A program made the translations under genes and the position numbers. A stretch of DNA of 64,000 nucleotides. Origin: Candidatus Levyibacteriota bacterium. Its GTDB lineage: Bacteria > Patescibacteriota > Microgenomatia > Levybacterales > UBA12049. This document shows, piece by piece, positions 1-9,803 of this stretch (the stretch's first letter is position 1; each line of letters starts with the position of its first letter). A model generated the notes under the pieces. It did no database searches, was not told the DNA's origin, and saw only the letters and a program-made list of their open reading frames with translations. Where the stretch lies: the NCBI GenBank assembly GCA_003173895.1, contig PJMG01000001.1:15576-79575 (forward strand). Direction: 5' to 3'.

Positions 1-97
1 TAAAACTAACCACGATTTAGCTTTCGATTAGTATTAGAAAATTAGAGTTAAAGAATTTCTTGATTATCCTATAATCATTAAGTATAATATGTGAATT

Positions 98-808
98 ATG
101 CCAGAAAGAGTATCTGTCCAAACACTTGAAGTTTTGTATCCTTTTATATCCCGTAATCCAGTCCAAATACCACACCAATACGCTTTTACACATAGACTTA
201 TTTCAGATTATGAACACCAATATCCCAAGTTGGGTTGGCGGGACAGTGGTCAGGCTGTCAAGTACACATATAGCCTAAACATGACACCAGAAGATTATAG
301 AGGTAAAAAAGTGCTTGATGCAGGATCTGGTTTGGGAAGATTTAAGCGTGCATTAAAATCAATGGGAGTTGAGGCAGATGTTACGAATTTCGATGATGGA
401 GAAACGTATGGAAGAGGGGAAGATTATGTAGTAGATGTTCAAGGAAAAGTAGAACATATGCCATTTGCAGATAATACATTCGATGTTTCGGTTGTCAGTT
501 GGGTTTTCCCAAATCAGTTCTTAGATGAAACTGTAGATACAAATTTTATGGCAGAACAACTTCGTGAACTAGTTCGGGTTACTAAAAAAGGGGGAGGTAT
601 TATTCGCTATACTCCAGTCAGAATGTTTCAAGTATTGCAAGGACCAGAACAACAAGCCGTGTATGACGAAGCAACAATCAAAGCTTTTGCAGAATTAGAA
701 AAACTTCACAGAGAAAACCCTGGTATGAAAACTCGAATTACTCGTTTAATTGATGATCAAGATAACGGTCAAGATCAATTTGAAGATATACTTGAAATAA
801 CTCTCTAA
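98..808 (+). CDS. Class I SAM-dependent methyltransferase
   Basis: Glycine-rich SAM-binding motif I VLDAGSGLGRF. A downstream acidic/hydrophobic motif FDVSVVSWVF resembles methyltransferase motif II. Confidence 0.6.
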   Translation: MPERVSVQTLEVLYPFISRNPVQIPHQYAFTHRLISDYEHQYPKLGWRDSGQAVKYTYSLNMTPEDYRGKKVLDAGSGLGRFKRALKSMGVEADVTNFDDGETYGRGEDYVVDVQGKVEHMPFADNTFDVSVVSWVFPNQFLDETVDTNFMAEQLRELVRVTKKGGGIIRYTPVRMFQVLQGPEQQAVYDEATIKAFAELEKLHRENPGMKTRITRLIDDQDNGQDQFEDILEITL

Positions 809-857
809 TAAAAATTAGCTCATTAAAGCGACCTAATCGTAATCTGTGGATATATCT

Positions 858-878
858 GAAAAAAGTTGGAACCAACTT
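858..878 (-). terminator. Intrinsic terminator for minus-strand gene 1000..2037
   Basis: On the minus strand the transcript reads AAGUUGG-uu-CCAACUU followed by a U-run. It lies between convergent genes. Confidence 0.45.
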
Positions 879-999
879 GAAGATTACATTTGGAAGTGGT
901 CTCCGATATTACAAAATAGACAGGAAATAGATTTGGAATCGTATCACAGGTAGGTATTAGAGCCTATTAAAAATTTTCTGCAGTTGTTTTTTAAATATA

Positions 1000-2037
1000 T
1001 TAGTGAATAATACCTATTCTTCTTTCTGCTTTTTCAACAGCAACAATAATTTCTTTAAAGTTATCAGGATGATCACCTGCAGAAAGGATAGTCGGTGCAT
1101 CTTCTCTAAAAATATTTTCAATATATTCGTGTGCTTGTCTTGTACCAGTAAATCTGCTTATTTCAAGTATATCCCTTCCATTTTGAACAATTGTTTGTAC
1201 ATCGTCTGATTGCACTGAAGTATTGGAATACCTACCAATAAGTCTAGCGATCCTCCACATAATGGTTATGTTAAATAGATTGCTTGATGAATATACATAA
1301 GGTTCTAATAACGCATCTGGGATTCCTATTTGCCTCGCTTTAGAAATAATATTATGCAGTTCTCTGCCGTAGTCTGTATCTAGAAACTCGGAAGAACTTA
1401 TATGCTCTAAAGACTCATGACGAAGAGATGTACTTTCTCCAAAAATTTTTTTAGATTTAAACCTATTATACATATCTGCTGTATCCCATACGGACATTCC
1501 ATTTTCAAGTAGATTTCCCTCTCTAGTCATAGTTTTGTAGTAATAGCGATAAAGTCCCCTAATATGATCTCTACCACTCTGTCCCCTGTGGTAATCATGT
1601 ATTAAACCTCTAGAGGCATGGGATAATTCATGCGATGCTGTCATTGCAGTTTCTAAAGGATCATCTGCATCAACTTCGACTACTATTAAACCGTTCCAAA
1701 GCACATACCCACTAGTTTTTGTCCCTGTCTCATCAAATTCAGTAGTATTTACATAAATAGGCTTTAGTTTATCTATCCCTGTTGTTAGTAAACCTAATCT
1801 ATTTAACTTTTCAGTTAAAAAATTTCTTGTTACAATTTCTACTAGTTTTAGTTGCGATTGTAATAATGTGTCTTGATTAAAATCAAAAATAGATAATGTA
1901 GAAAACTTTTCTTGGTAACTATTTGTTCTATCACGTTGGTCATGTCGGGTTTGTCGATGTAATCTTCTTCCACTCTCTGCCTGTCTTGCATAGAATGGCA
2001 TAGTACTTTCAGTTGTATAAGACTCTGTTGTGGACAT
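1000..2037 (-). CDS. Hypothetical protein with HExxH (HELSH) zinc-metallopeptidase-like motif
   Basis: Long ORF. The sequence TASHELSHASRG contains HExxH. No other family recognised. Confidence 0.4.
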   Translation of the reverse strand: MSTTESYTTESTMPFYARQAESGRRLHRQTRHDQRDRTNSYQEKFSTLSIFDFNQDTLLQSQLKLVEIVTRNFLTEKLNRLGLLTTGIDKLKPIYVNTTEFDETGTKTSGYVLWNGLIVVEVDADDPLETAMTASHELSHASRGLIHDYHRGQSGRDHIRGLYRYYYKTMTREGNLLENGMSVWDTADMYNRFKSKKIFGESTSLRHESLEHISSSEFLDTDYGRELHNIISKARQIGIPDALLEPYVYSSSNLFNITIMWRIARLIGRYSNTSVQSDDVQTIVQNGRDILEISRFTGTRQAHEYIENIFREDAPTILSAGDHPDNFKEIIVAVEKAERRIGIIH

Positions 2038-2113
2038 AGTGTCCTATAATATACAGGCCGTGTTGTAATTTGTCAAATAAGATGTAATAATTTGCTGTTC
2101 AAAAATATATCTG

Positions 2114-2186
2114 TGGACGATGAGGGACTTGAACCCCCGACATCTTCAGTGTAAATGAAGCGCTCTACCAACTGAGCTAATCGTCC
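2114..2186 (-). tRNA. tRNA-Val (anticodon TAC)
   Basis: The reverse complement folds as a cloverleaf: acceptor GGACGAT/ATCGTCC, D-arm GCTCAGTTGGTAGAGC, anticodon stem CTTCA/TGAAG with loop TTTACAC, T-arm GGGGGTTCAAGTCCCTC. Confidence 0.8.
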
Positions 2187-2242
2187 AAAAGATGCTATAA
2201 TTGTATAAGATTTTCGGTTTGCACGCAAACCTAAGTGATTTT

Positions 2243-3577
2243 ATGAATAAATTTATTTTTTCTAAAAGAAATTTTAATTTAAAAACTAAAGAATTAAGTT
2301 TCACTTATAAACTCCAAACTAAAAATCAAACTTACGATTTTACAGAAAAATTAACTTTACCAGAGAATTTTGAAATTTTAAATAAAGATGACCAAATTCT
2401 GGACCAACTTTTAAAAAATCTCCATTTAATTTTAGGTATAAGTTATTGGAAATTAACTGCTACTTCAGATTTAGATTTAGGAGATATTAAATTAACTAAA
2501 GAAGAGGCTGATTTCTGGAATACTGTTTGGACTAAAGGTATGGGTGAATTTTTTTATGTAAATAAAATTGACTTTAAAAATTTAATTAACTTTCCCTATG
2601 AAGCTCAAACTTCAACCGTAACCTCTAAACTACAACCTATAACTCAGACTTCGAAAAGTCTCTTATTTTTCTCGGGTGGTAAGGATAGTATAGTTTCAGC
2701 GGAAATATTAAAAGATAAAAAAAATGACTTCACTTGTTTCTCTGTAAATCCAGTTTCATTTGTTTCTAATATACAAAAATTAACTAATACAAACTTTTTA
2801 ATTGTAAAACGTCAAATCGATCCTATGCTCTTGGCTTTAAACTCTAAGCAATTATTTTATAACGGGCATATTCCATTTAATGCTATCTTAGCTTTTATTT
2901 CACTTTTAGTTTCTTATCTTTATGGCTTTAACTTTTTAATTACGTCTAATGAAGAAAGCAGTAATTATCCAAATGTAGAGTATATTGGTGAAAAAATTAA
3001 TCACCAATGGAGTAAATCTTTTGAATTTGAAAAAATGTTTCATGACTATGTTAAAAAACTATTACCAAACATAAATTATTTTTCACTACTTAGAAATTTT
3101 AGCGAGTATGAAATATCAGAAAAATTAACACAATATTCTAAATACCTCCCATATTTTTCTAGCTGTAATCGCAATTTTTTAATCAAACCTACTACTCAAT
3201 ATTTAAAACCTAATCAACTCTGGTGTGGAAATTGTCCTAAATGTCTTTTCACTTTTATCATGCTCTCCGCTTTTTTACCTAGAATAAAAGTTTTAGAAAT
3301 TTTAGGTGAGGATTTATTAAATAAATATGAATTATTACAGATCTTCTGTGAACTTTTAGGAATTGATATAAAACCTTTCGAATGTGTAGGAACACCAGAT
3401 GAAGTCAAATTAGCTTTAAATAAAATTTATGAAAAAAAAGAATTTAATAATTCTATTTTAATGACCTATTTTATAGGTGAAATTTTACCAACCGTAAATG
3501 AGGGAGAATTAGAAAAAAATGTTATTAATAAAAAAGTAGAAAATTTAATACCAGAAGAAATTTATGAAAATAAATGA
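2243..3577 (+). CDS. PP-loop ATP pyrophosphatase superfamily protein (adenine nucleotide alpha-hydrolase fold) with C-terminal Cys cluster
   Basis: PP-loop SGGKDS is present in FFSGGKDSIVSAEIL. A Cys cluster C...WCGNCPKC lies near the C-terminus, resembling a QueC/TtuA-like Zn or Fe-S site. The ORF-track start at 2201 is a TTG abutting the tRNA, so ATG 2243 is preferred. The 3' end overlaps the murD start by 14 nt. Confidence 0.5.
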   Translation: MNKFIFSKRNFNLKTKELSFTYKLQTKNQTYDFTEKLTLPENFEILNKDDQILDQLLKNLHLILGISYWKLTATSDLDLGDIKLTKEEADFWNTVWTKGMGEFFYVNKIDFKNLINFPYEAQTSTVTSKLQPITQTSKSLLFFSGGKDSIVSAEILKDKKNDFTCFSVNPVSFVSNIQKLTNTNFLIVKRQIDPMLLALNSKQLFYNGHIPFNAILAFISLLVSYLYGFNFLITSNEESSNYPNVEYIGEKINHQWSKSFEFEKMFHDYVKKLLPNINYFSLLRNFSEYEISEKLTQYSKYLPYFSSCNRNFLIKPTTQYLKPNQLWCGNCPKCLFTFIMLSAFLPRIKVLEILGEDLLNKYELLQIFCELLGIDIKPFECVGTPDEVKLALNKIYEKKEFNNSILMTYFIGEILPTVNEGELEKNVINKKVENLIPEEIYENK

Positions 3578-4838
3578 TTTAAAAAATAAAAAAATTTTAA
3601 TCTTAGGCTATGGAGTAGAAGGAAAAGAAACAGAAAAATTTCTAAAAAAACACTTAGGAGAAAATTCCGTTATAGAAGTGGCAGACCAAAAATTAGATCC
3701 TACTTATTTAGAAAAACAAAATAATTTTGATATAGTCATTAAATCTCCGGGTATCCATAAATCAAAAGTGAAAATCCCTTATACTACAGCTACTAATATT
3801 TTTTTGGAAAATGCCAAAGGAATTATTATTGGAGTAACTGGAACTAAAGGAAAAAGTACTACTACTAAATTAATTTATGAAATTTTAAAAAACGCATTTG
3901 GTAATCGCGTGCATTTACTCGGTAACATTACACATAAATTAACCTCTTTAGGTAATCCACTTTTATCAGAATTAGAACTAGAAAAAAAAGATCAAATTTA
4001 TGTCTGTGAACTTTCCAGTTTTCAACTAGATGATATTAAAAAAAGTCCGCATATTTCAGTTTTTACTTCTTTTTTTCCAGAGCATATGGATTTTCATGAA
4101 AATCTAGAAAATTATTTCAACGCTAAAGCAAATATTACCAAATTTCAAGATGAAAAAGATTATTTTATTTATAATCCCAAGTTTAAAGAACTACAAAATT
4201 TAGCCAAACAAACAAAAGCTAAATCTGTACCACTAGATAAAAATTATGAAATAAAGAAAACAAATTTATCAGGTGAACATAATTTAGATAATATAAAATT
4301 AGCTATTACAGTAGCTAAAATCTTAAATGTTAACGACGAAATAATTAAAAAAACTATAGCAGATTTTAGACCTTTACCACATCGACTAGAAAAAGTAGGG
4401 GAGTATAGAGGAATAATTTTTTACGATGACGCCATCTCTACTACACCTCAATCAACCATCGCTGCTATTAAAGCATTAAAAAATATTGAAACTATTTTTT
4501 TAGGCGGACAGGATCGAGGATATGATTTTAAAAATTTGGCTAAAACAATTATAGAATATAAAATCCCAAATTTAGTTTTTTTTCCAGAAAGTGGAGAAAA
4601 AATTTTAGAAGCAATTAACGTCTTTGCGAGGAGTGAAAATACGAAGCAATCTTACTCTTATAGACCAAATATCTTATCAACTAAATCTATGCAAACGGCA
4701 GTAAAATTTGCTTATGAAAATACTAAACCAGGTAAAATTGTTCTACTTTCAAATGCATCACCTAGTTATAGTATTTGGAAAAATTTTGAAGAAAAAGCTA
4801 AAGACTTTAGAGAAGAACTCAAAAAACAGATTACTTAA
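3564..4838 (+). CDS. murD: UDP-N-acetylmuramoylalanine--D-glutamate ligase
   Basis: MurD-type N-terminus KKILILGYGVEGK. Mur ligase P-loop GVTGTKGKSTT. Confidence 0.75.
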   Translation: MKINDLKNKKILILGYGVEGKETEKFLKKHLGENSVIEVADQKLDPTYLEKQNNFDIVIKSPGIHKSKVKIPYTTATNIFLENAKGIIIGVTGTKGKSTTTKLIYEILKNAFGNRVHLLGNITHKLTSLGNPLLSELELEKKDQIYVCELSSFQLDDIKKSPHISVFTSFFPEHMDFHENLENYFNAKANITKFQDEKDYFIYNPKFKELQNLAKQTKAKSVPLDKNYEIKKTNLSGEHNLDNIKLAITVAKILNVNDEIIKKTIADFRPLPHRLEKVGEYRGIIFYDDAISTTPQSTIAAIKALKNIETIFLGGQDRGYDFKNLAKTIIEYKIPNLVFFPESGEKILEAINVFARSENTKQSYSYRPNILSTKSMQTAVKFAYENTKPGKIVLLSNASPSYSIWKNFEEKAKDFREELKKQIT

Positions 4839-4924
4839 TCTAAAAATTTGTACTTAAACTCCACTTACTAATTTCTTACCAAATTTTGAATGTCTTTTTT
4901 ACTATTTAATTCAAAATAAATCGT

Positions 4925-5149
4925 ATGGGTGAAGGAAATGGGAGAGGTTTTGCAGGAATGCCGCCTGAAAAACAGCGTTTAATTGCAAGTATGGGAGGAC
5001 GAAGAGCACATGAATTAGGTGTTGCACATACATTTACTACTGACGAAGCAAGAAAAGCAGGACGTAAAGGGGGTAAAACTTCTAGAAGGAAATCGATAAC
5101 TACGCAGAATATTTCTTTAGAACTAAATAATTCATTAACAGAACCTTAA
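4925..5149 (+). CDS. KGG-repeat general stress protein (YciG/GsiB-like)
   Basis: Repeated (E/K)AGRKGG motifs, EARKAGRKGGKTS. The gene is visibly GC-richer than its surroundings. Confidence 0.6.
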   Translation: MGEGNGRGFAGMPPEKQRLIASMGGRRAHELGVAHTFTTDEARKAGRKGGKTSRRKSITTQNISLELNNSLTEP

Positions 5150-5197
5150 TAATTTACGCCGCTGGACTAGAAGAAAAACTTATGCTAAAAATACTTC

Positions 5198-6082
5198 ATG
5201 TTAAAAGTAGTTGAAATAAACCCACCACATGAAACAAAAATCCATGATAAAATCCCTCTTTATTTAAAATATCCAGACATGCCTGAGCTGCAAATTATTG
5301 ATCCTCCAACTGCTGAACATTTTAGAGAAAAATATTTAGAAGATATAATCAATGCTAAAAAAATCAATGAAATAGAAGGATTTGAAAACTATATTCCTTA
5401 TAAATGGGAGAAATTAAAACAATATTTCCCAAAGAAAGAATATTTTGAGAAAGAAAATCATGCAGATGGAATTCATGGTATAGCGCATGCCATTAGAGTA
5501 GAGTTAAATGTTTTACCACTGGCGTTTTCTGAAGGATTAAATGAAGAAGAAACTAAGCTAGTTCTAGCTGCTGCCAGTTTACATGATAGATCACGTATTT
5601 ACGATACAGTAGATGAGGGGCATGGAGCTAGAGCCGCTAAATGGATAAATGATAATAGAAACTTTTTAATTAATGAAGGGTATAATTTTAGTGAAGAAGA
5701 ATTTGAAACCATAGAAACTTTAGTTACATATCATGAAGTAAATTATTCTAAAATACCTGAGGATGTAAAAAATAGATATGATCAGTATGGAAAAAATAAG
5801 ATTCCTCTTTTATCTGTATTAATGGATGCCGATAAACTCGAAAGATTTCGCTCACCTAATGAAGAATGGTGGCCAAAACCAGAATATTTTCAATTAAAAA
5901 GTACCTCTAAACTTTATGAGTCTCAAACGGCTAAAGCATTATGTCTATATTCTCAGTATTTTCAATTTTCACCACAGTACATGATTAGGAGAATTTTTAG
6001 ACACGAAGAACCGATAATTTCGTCTATCCACAGAAAAGCTAAAGACTTAGGATATATTAATTTCCATGGGGGAAGCACCTAA
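5198..6082 (+). CDS. HD-domain phosphohydrolase family protein
   Basis: H...HD signature: HGIAHAIRV ... ASLHDRSRIYD. Confidence 0.5.
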   Translation: MLKVVEINPPHETKIHDKIPLYLKYPDMPELQIIDPPTAEHFREKYLEDIINAKKINEIEGFENYIPYKWEKLKQYFPKKEYFEKENHADGIHGIAHAIRVELNVLPLAFSEGLNEEETKLVLAAASLHDRSRIYDTVDEGHGARAAKWINDNRNFLINEGYNFSEEEFETIETLVTYHEVNYSKIPEDVKNRYDQYGKNKIPLLSVLMDADKLERFRSPNEEWWPKPEYFQLKSTSKLYESQTAKALCLYSQYFQFSPQYMIRRIFRHEEPIISSIHRKAKDLGYINFHGGST

Positions 6083-6889
6083 TTCAGAGACTATTTTCGC
6101 AGCCATTTGAGTTCCTTTTAACATAGCTTGTTCAATATTATTACTCATTTTATATTTGTTCAAAAATGCAGAAATATATGCATCTCCAGCACCTGATGTA
6201 TCTATAACTTGTGACTTTATAATTTTCTGCTGATAGATTTTATTTTTATAAAAAACTAAACTTCCATTTTTACCAAGTAAAATTAAAACTAATTTATTAT
6301 TTTTATTTGCAAAATTTCTTAAAAATTTTATTTCTTTTTTGTTATTAATTTCCAAACTTTTAATGATAATATCTAATCCTAGACCATATTTTTCGATGGC
6401 ATCCAATGCTAAACTATATTCATAAATTCCTGAAAAATCTCCTGATTTTAGAGTTTGAGGTAATTTTAAACTGCAAAAATCGCTAAATATTTTTTCTGTA
6501 GATTTAAATAAAATAGAATGAGCAATTTCTGACGTTTTTAAAAATTCTTTTTCTGATAAACGAAGTTTTCTTTTTTCAATTATTTCTACATTTAAATTAA
6601 AGTATTCTGGATTATTATCACTTAATAAAACATTTATAGTACTAGTTTTTTTAGTATTTTCAACTTTTATAAATTCAATATTTATATTCAATTTTTTACA
6701 ATTTAATAAAAATGTTGCACCAAATTTATCTTTTCCAATAGATGAAATAATATTTGATTTAGCGTCTAATAAAGTAGAGTAGTAAGCAGTATTAAAAGCG
6801 CAACCCCCTAAAAAATATTTCTCTTCATTTATATAATGATCTATACATAAATCCCCAATAGCTGTAAAAATGATATTTTTATTTGACAT
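6047..6889 (-). CDS. PfkB-family carbohydrate/nucleoside kinase (ribokinase-like)
   Basis: C-terminal PfkB signature DTSGAGDAYISAF and a ribokinase-like N-terminus. Confidence 0.65.
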   Translation of the reverse strand: MSNKNIIFTAIGDLCIDHYINEEKYFLGGCAFNTAYYSTLLDAKSNIISSIGKDKFGATFLLNCKKLNINIEFIKVENTKKTSTINVLLSDNNPEYFNLNVEIIEKRKLRLSEKEFLKTSEIAHSILFKSTEKIFSDFCSLKLPQTLKSGDFSGIYEYSLALDAIEKYGLGLDIIIKSLEINNKKEIKFLRNFANKNNKLVLILLGKNGSLVFYKNKIYQQKIIKSQVIDTSGAGDAYISAFLNKYKMSNNIEQAMLKGTQMAAKIVSELGASPMEINIS

Positions 6890-6950
6890 TTTATAGTAGA
6901 TTGTAGCAAATTTTATTGAAACGATTTTATAAAAATCTTATAATATAATT

Positions 6951-7493
6951 ATGTCAGAATATTTAACACAAAATTTAATAGTAGGAGAAAATATTTTTAC
7001 TCCAGAAATGATTTACGGACAGGAAATTCCTATAAAATTAGGAAATACCATAGCATACATTTCTGATATAAATGATAGAGTAAGATTACGTACAGAAGAT
7101 AATAATTTCTCCTGTCAAGCAAGCATTGAAGATATTTATGGGGAACATTTCTTAACTTTTGAACTACATAACAATATTCCTTCCGAACGAGAACGTAGGG
7201 GCTTTCCTTCTGAAGAAGATTTCGTTAAGTTTGCGGCAGATATTATTTTGAAAAGAGAACGAATAAGTGGATTGTATGATTTTTGGGTTCAAACAGGTAT
7301 AGATTATAATGAATATATGAAATTAAAAAATCAAGGTTTACCTCCAAAAAATGCTGCTTTAAATACACCATTTGGTAAAAATATAGCACAACTACTTAAC
7401 TTTTCAGAAGTAAAAGAAATTGAAGAGGGAAAAGATGGACATGGAACAATTCCCTTTGTAATAGCTATTTTTACTCAATCTACGTCTGAATAA
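6951..7493 (+). CDS. Hypothetical protein
   Basis: Intact ORF with coding-like composition. No motif recognised. Confidence 0.4.
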   Translation: MSEYLTQNLIVGENIFTPEMIYGQEIPIKLGNTIAYISDINDRVRLRTEDNNFSCQASIEDIYGEHFLTFELHNNIPSERERRGFPSEEDFVKFAADIILKRERISGLYDFWVQTGIDYNEYMKLKNQGLPPKNAALNTPFGKNIAQLLNFSEVKEIEEGKDGHGTIPFVIAIFTQSTSE

Positions 7494-8183
7494 TTATTCT
7501 TTTATTGCGTACTCCAATGCTTTTCTGGCAAGAAGACGAGTAGTATCAATAAAAGGTAATGGAGAATTCTCTTTTGTAATAATTATTGGTAACTCTGTGC
7601 ATCCCAGTATTACACTATCACATCCTCTCTCTTTCAATTTTTGTATAACTCCTAGTACTTTTTTTGTAGTTTCAATTGTAGGATTACCAGGGATAACATT
7701 CTCCCATAAAACTGTATTAACAATTGCTTGTTCTTTTTTTGTAGGTACTACTGGATTAATGGAAACTTTTTTTAGAGGATTTATATATAAATTCCCACTC
7801 ATTGTTTCTTCTATACCTAATACACCTACTTTTTTAAAACCCATCTTTTGGCATTCATTAACTGTTACATTTACAATACTTAAAATTGGTAAAGGAGACA
7901 TCATTTGCGTTTGTTTGATAGCATAATGAGCTGCATTTGAGGGAATGATAATAAAATCTGCACCAATTAAAGCTAGTTTTTTAATTGAATTATTTAAAAC
8001 TATTGCGACACCCTTATAATCTTTTATCTTTTCCTTTTGAGTAATTTTATCGTGAGAAAAAGTATGTAAAGAAATTTCAGGATGAATGTTTTCTCCTAAT
8101 ATTTTTCCTGCTTGAGAAACTATCTCTTTATAACAGAGAGCTGCTCCTTCTGCAGTTACTGCTGCAATACCAATATGTTTCAT
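7494..8183 (-). CDS. Aspartate/glutamate racemase family protein (aspartate racemase-like), paralogue 1
   Basis: Asp/Glu racemase signatures IIIPSNAAHY and VILGCTELP, containing the two catalytic Cys. Paralogous to 16022..16831. Confidence 0.7.
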   Translation of the reverse strand: MKHIGIAAVTAEGAALCYKEIVSQAGKILGENIHPEISLHTFSHDKITQKEKIKDYKGVAIVLNNSIKKLALIGADFIIIPSNAAHYAIKQTQMMSPLPILSIVNVTVNECQKMGFKKVGVLGIEETMSGNLYINPLKKVSINPVVPTKKEQAIVNTVLWENVIPGNPTIETTKKVLGVIQKLKERGCDSVILGCTELPIIITKENSPLPFIDTTRLLARKALEYAIKE

Positions 8184-8253
8184 ACGAGAGAGTATAGTAT
8201 ATTTTACTATATATTAGCTAATTTAGAGGGGATAATAAGATTATAGGCTTCAA

Positions 8254-9423
8254 TTATTGATTACTATATTCTACTTTTTTACCATCATTCATACCAGCAA
8301 TTGCTTCATCTATTGCTGTCTGGTTAGTTTTTTCCAAAGCAGCAGGAGCAGGGAAACCAAATGAACCTTCTGCGTGTTTCTTTATAGCACCTCTATGAGC
8401 GCGTAAGAAAAGAGCAAATTTATCACTTGCTTGTTTTGCTAATTCGATAGCTAGTTCTCGTTGATGATGATCTAATGTAGATTCAGCAATTAATTCAGGA
8501 AGAGTTTTAAACTTTCCCTCTCTTACTTGTTCTATTAGGGAATCGGCATCTCTATCATAGGCTTTTTGATTTTCATCTCTTAAGAGTCTATCTTTAAATG
8601 CTTCATTTCCTCCTAGGAAATATCCTGCTAAATATGACCAAGCTGAAAATGCACCTGTTCCATGTCCTATATACTGTCCGTTACCTCCTAGATAAGGATC
8701 TAGTTGATAAAATTGTCCTGGAGTACGTACTCTATTTAAATAAACTACTGCTTCTACTACTGCATCTAAATCTTGTACCACCTCACTAAGTCTATCAAGT
8801 GATAAAATAGCGTAGTCACCTTCAACAATTTCTTTAAAAGTCTTATCAATACCACTTTGGGTTCTATAAAGAAGAATTTCTTGATCACGAGCTGCACTAG
8901 GTTCTAGAAAAGTTCTCGGTTCATCTACAGGATGATATAAAGATATATCTGACCAAGAAAGATTAGGATGTCTATTTTCTTTATCTGCTAGTAACTTTGT
9001 TCTTTTAAGAAGTAGAGAAGCATCTCTTCTAGAAATATATTCAGAATTTGTATTAAATGCACTATCATGTGCAATATCTAATGATCTAATCATCCAAACT
9101 AAATCTAAAATTGCAGCTCTTCTTTCTGTTACTCGATCATCTCTTAAAAGATTCTGGAATACTCCCTCTGGTATTTGTTTCAGCATTTCTTCTGCCTTAT
9201 CAAACAACTGACTGGCTGACATCTCACCATCCCTAACCATTTTATTATGTTTACCTAATTCATTTACTACATACTCACTAACTAACCCTAAAGGTCTAAT
9301 TTGTTCAATAACATTATCTGTATTTTCTATATGATTATTATTTAACAGTGTAACTGGATTAGATTCTGATGCAGGAATATTTGGTTGTTTTAGTTTTAAT
9401 AAACTTTCTCTATTAATGCTCAT
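8254..9423 (-). CDS. Hypothetical protein
   Basis: Long ORF, third gene of a minus-strand three-gene cluster. No motif recognised. Confidence 0.45.
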   Translation of the reverse strand: MSINRESLLKLKQPNIPASESNPVTLLNNNHIENTDNVIEQIRPLGLVSEYVVNELGKHNKMVRDGEMSASQLFDKAEEMLKQIPEGVFQNLLRDDRVTERRAAILDLVWMIRSLDIAHDSAFNTNSEYISRRDASLLLKRTKLLADKENRHPNLSWSDISLYHPVDEPRTFLEPSAARDQEILLYRTQSGIDKTFKEIVEGDYAILSLDRLSEVVQDLDAVVEAVVYLNRVRTPGQFYQLDPYLGGNGQYIGHGTGAFSAWSYLAGYFLGGNEAFKDRLLRDENQKAYDRDADSLIEQVREGKFKTLPELIAESTLDHHQRELAIELAKQASDKFALFLRAHRGAIKKHAEGSFGFPAPAALEKTNQTAIDEAIAGMNDGKKVEYSNQ

Positions 9424-9512
9424 AATATTAAAATTAGCGAAGATACCAATTTACTTTAAATATATAATAGAGAAATTTATTTTGTCAAGAGTCACGACAA
9501 CAATTATTTGAT

Positions 9513-9776
9513 TTACAATCCAGTATTTTCCCCAGGATAAAATCTATCAAAGTAAGATTTGTCATGACCTGTACGTTCTTTTCCTAAAATATTATCTTCA
9601 TCAGAAATCCATCCCGAACGTAACCACCTTCTTATATTACTAACCCTACGTAAACATTCTGGACAACCACACCCTCTACCATCCTGAAGATTATGCATTT
9701 GACTCTCTATAAGTGTTCTATTTGCCTGAGATTGTAGATCCCCTTGTACAAGAGGAGTTAATTTTTGTTCTGACAT
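9513..9776 (-). CDS. Small hypothetical protein with CxCxxC motif
   Basis: GCGCPEC motif. Lies between two larger hypotheticals on the same strand. Confidence 0.35.
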   Translation of the reverse strand: MSEQKLTPLVQGDLQSQANRTLIESQMHNLQDGRGCGCPECLRRVSNIRRWLRSGWISDEDNILGKERTGHDKSYFDRFYPGENTGL

Positions 9777-9803
9777 AGTTCAAATTATTATTTATTAATC
9801 AAT

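Noticed and set aside
1000-2037. Assigning the 345-aa HExxH protein as a specific metallopeptidase family
   Set aside because: The only evidence is a single HELSH motif, with no third ligand or family context recognisable. It is kept as hypothetical.
3214-3408. Antisense small ORFs inside the long genes. Examples: 3214..3408, 7597..7926, 8598..8789, 18064..18285, 19138..19369, 28989..29216, 37006..37437, 42948..43271, 45591..45944, 51605..51823, 56928..57122.
   Set aside because: All are embedded antisense in well-supported genes of an AT-rich genome, where long spurious frames are common. None has a start context or motifs.
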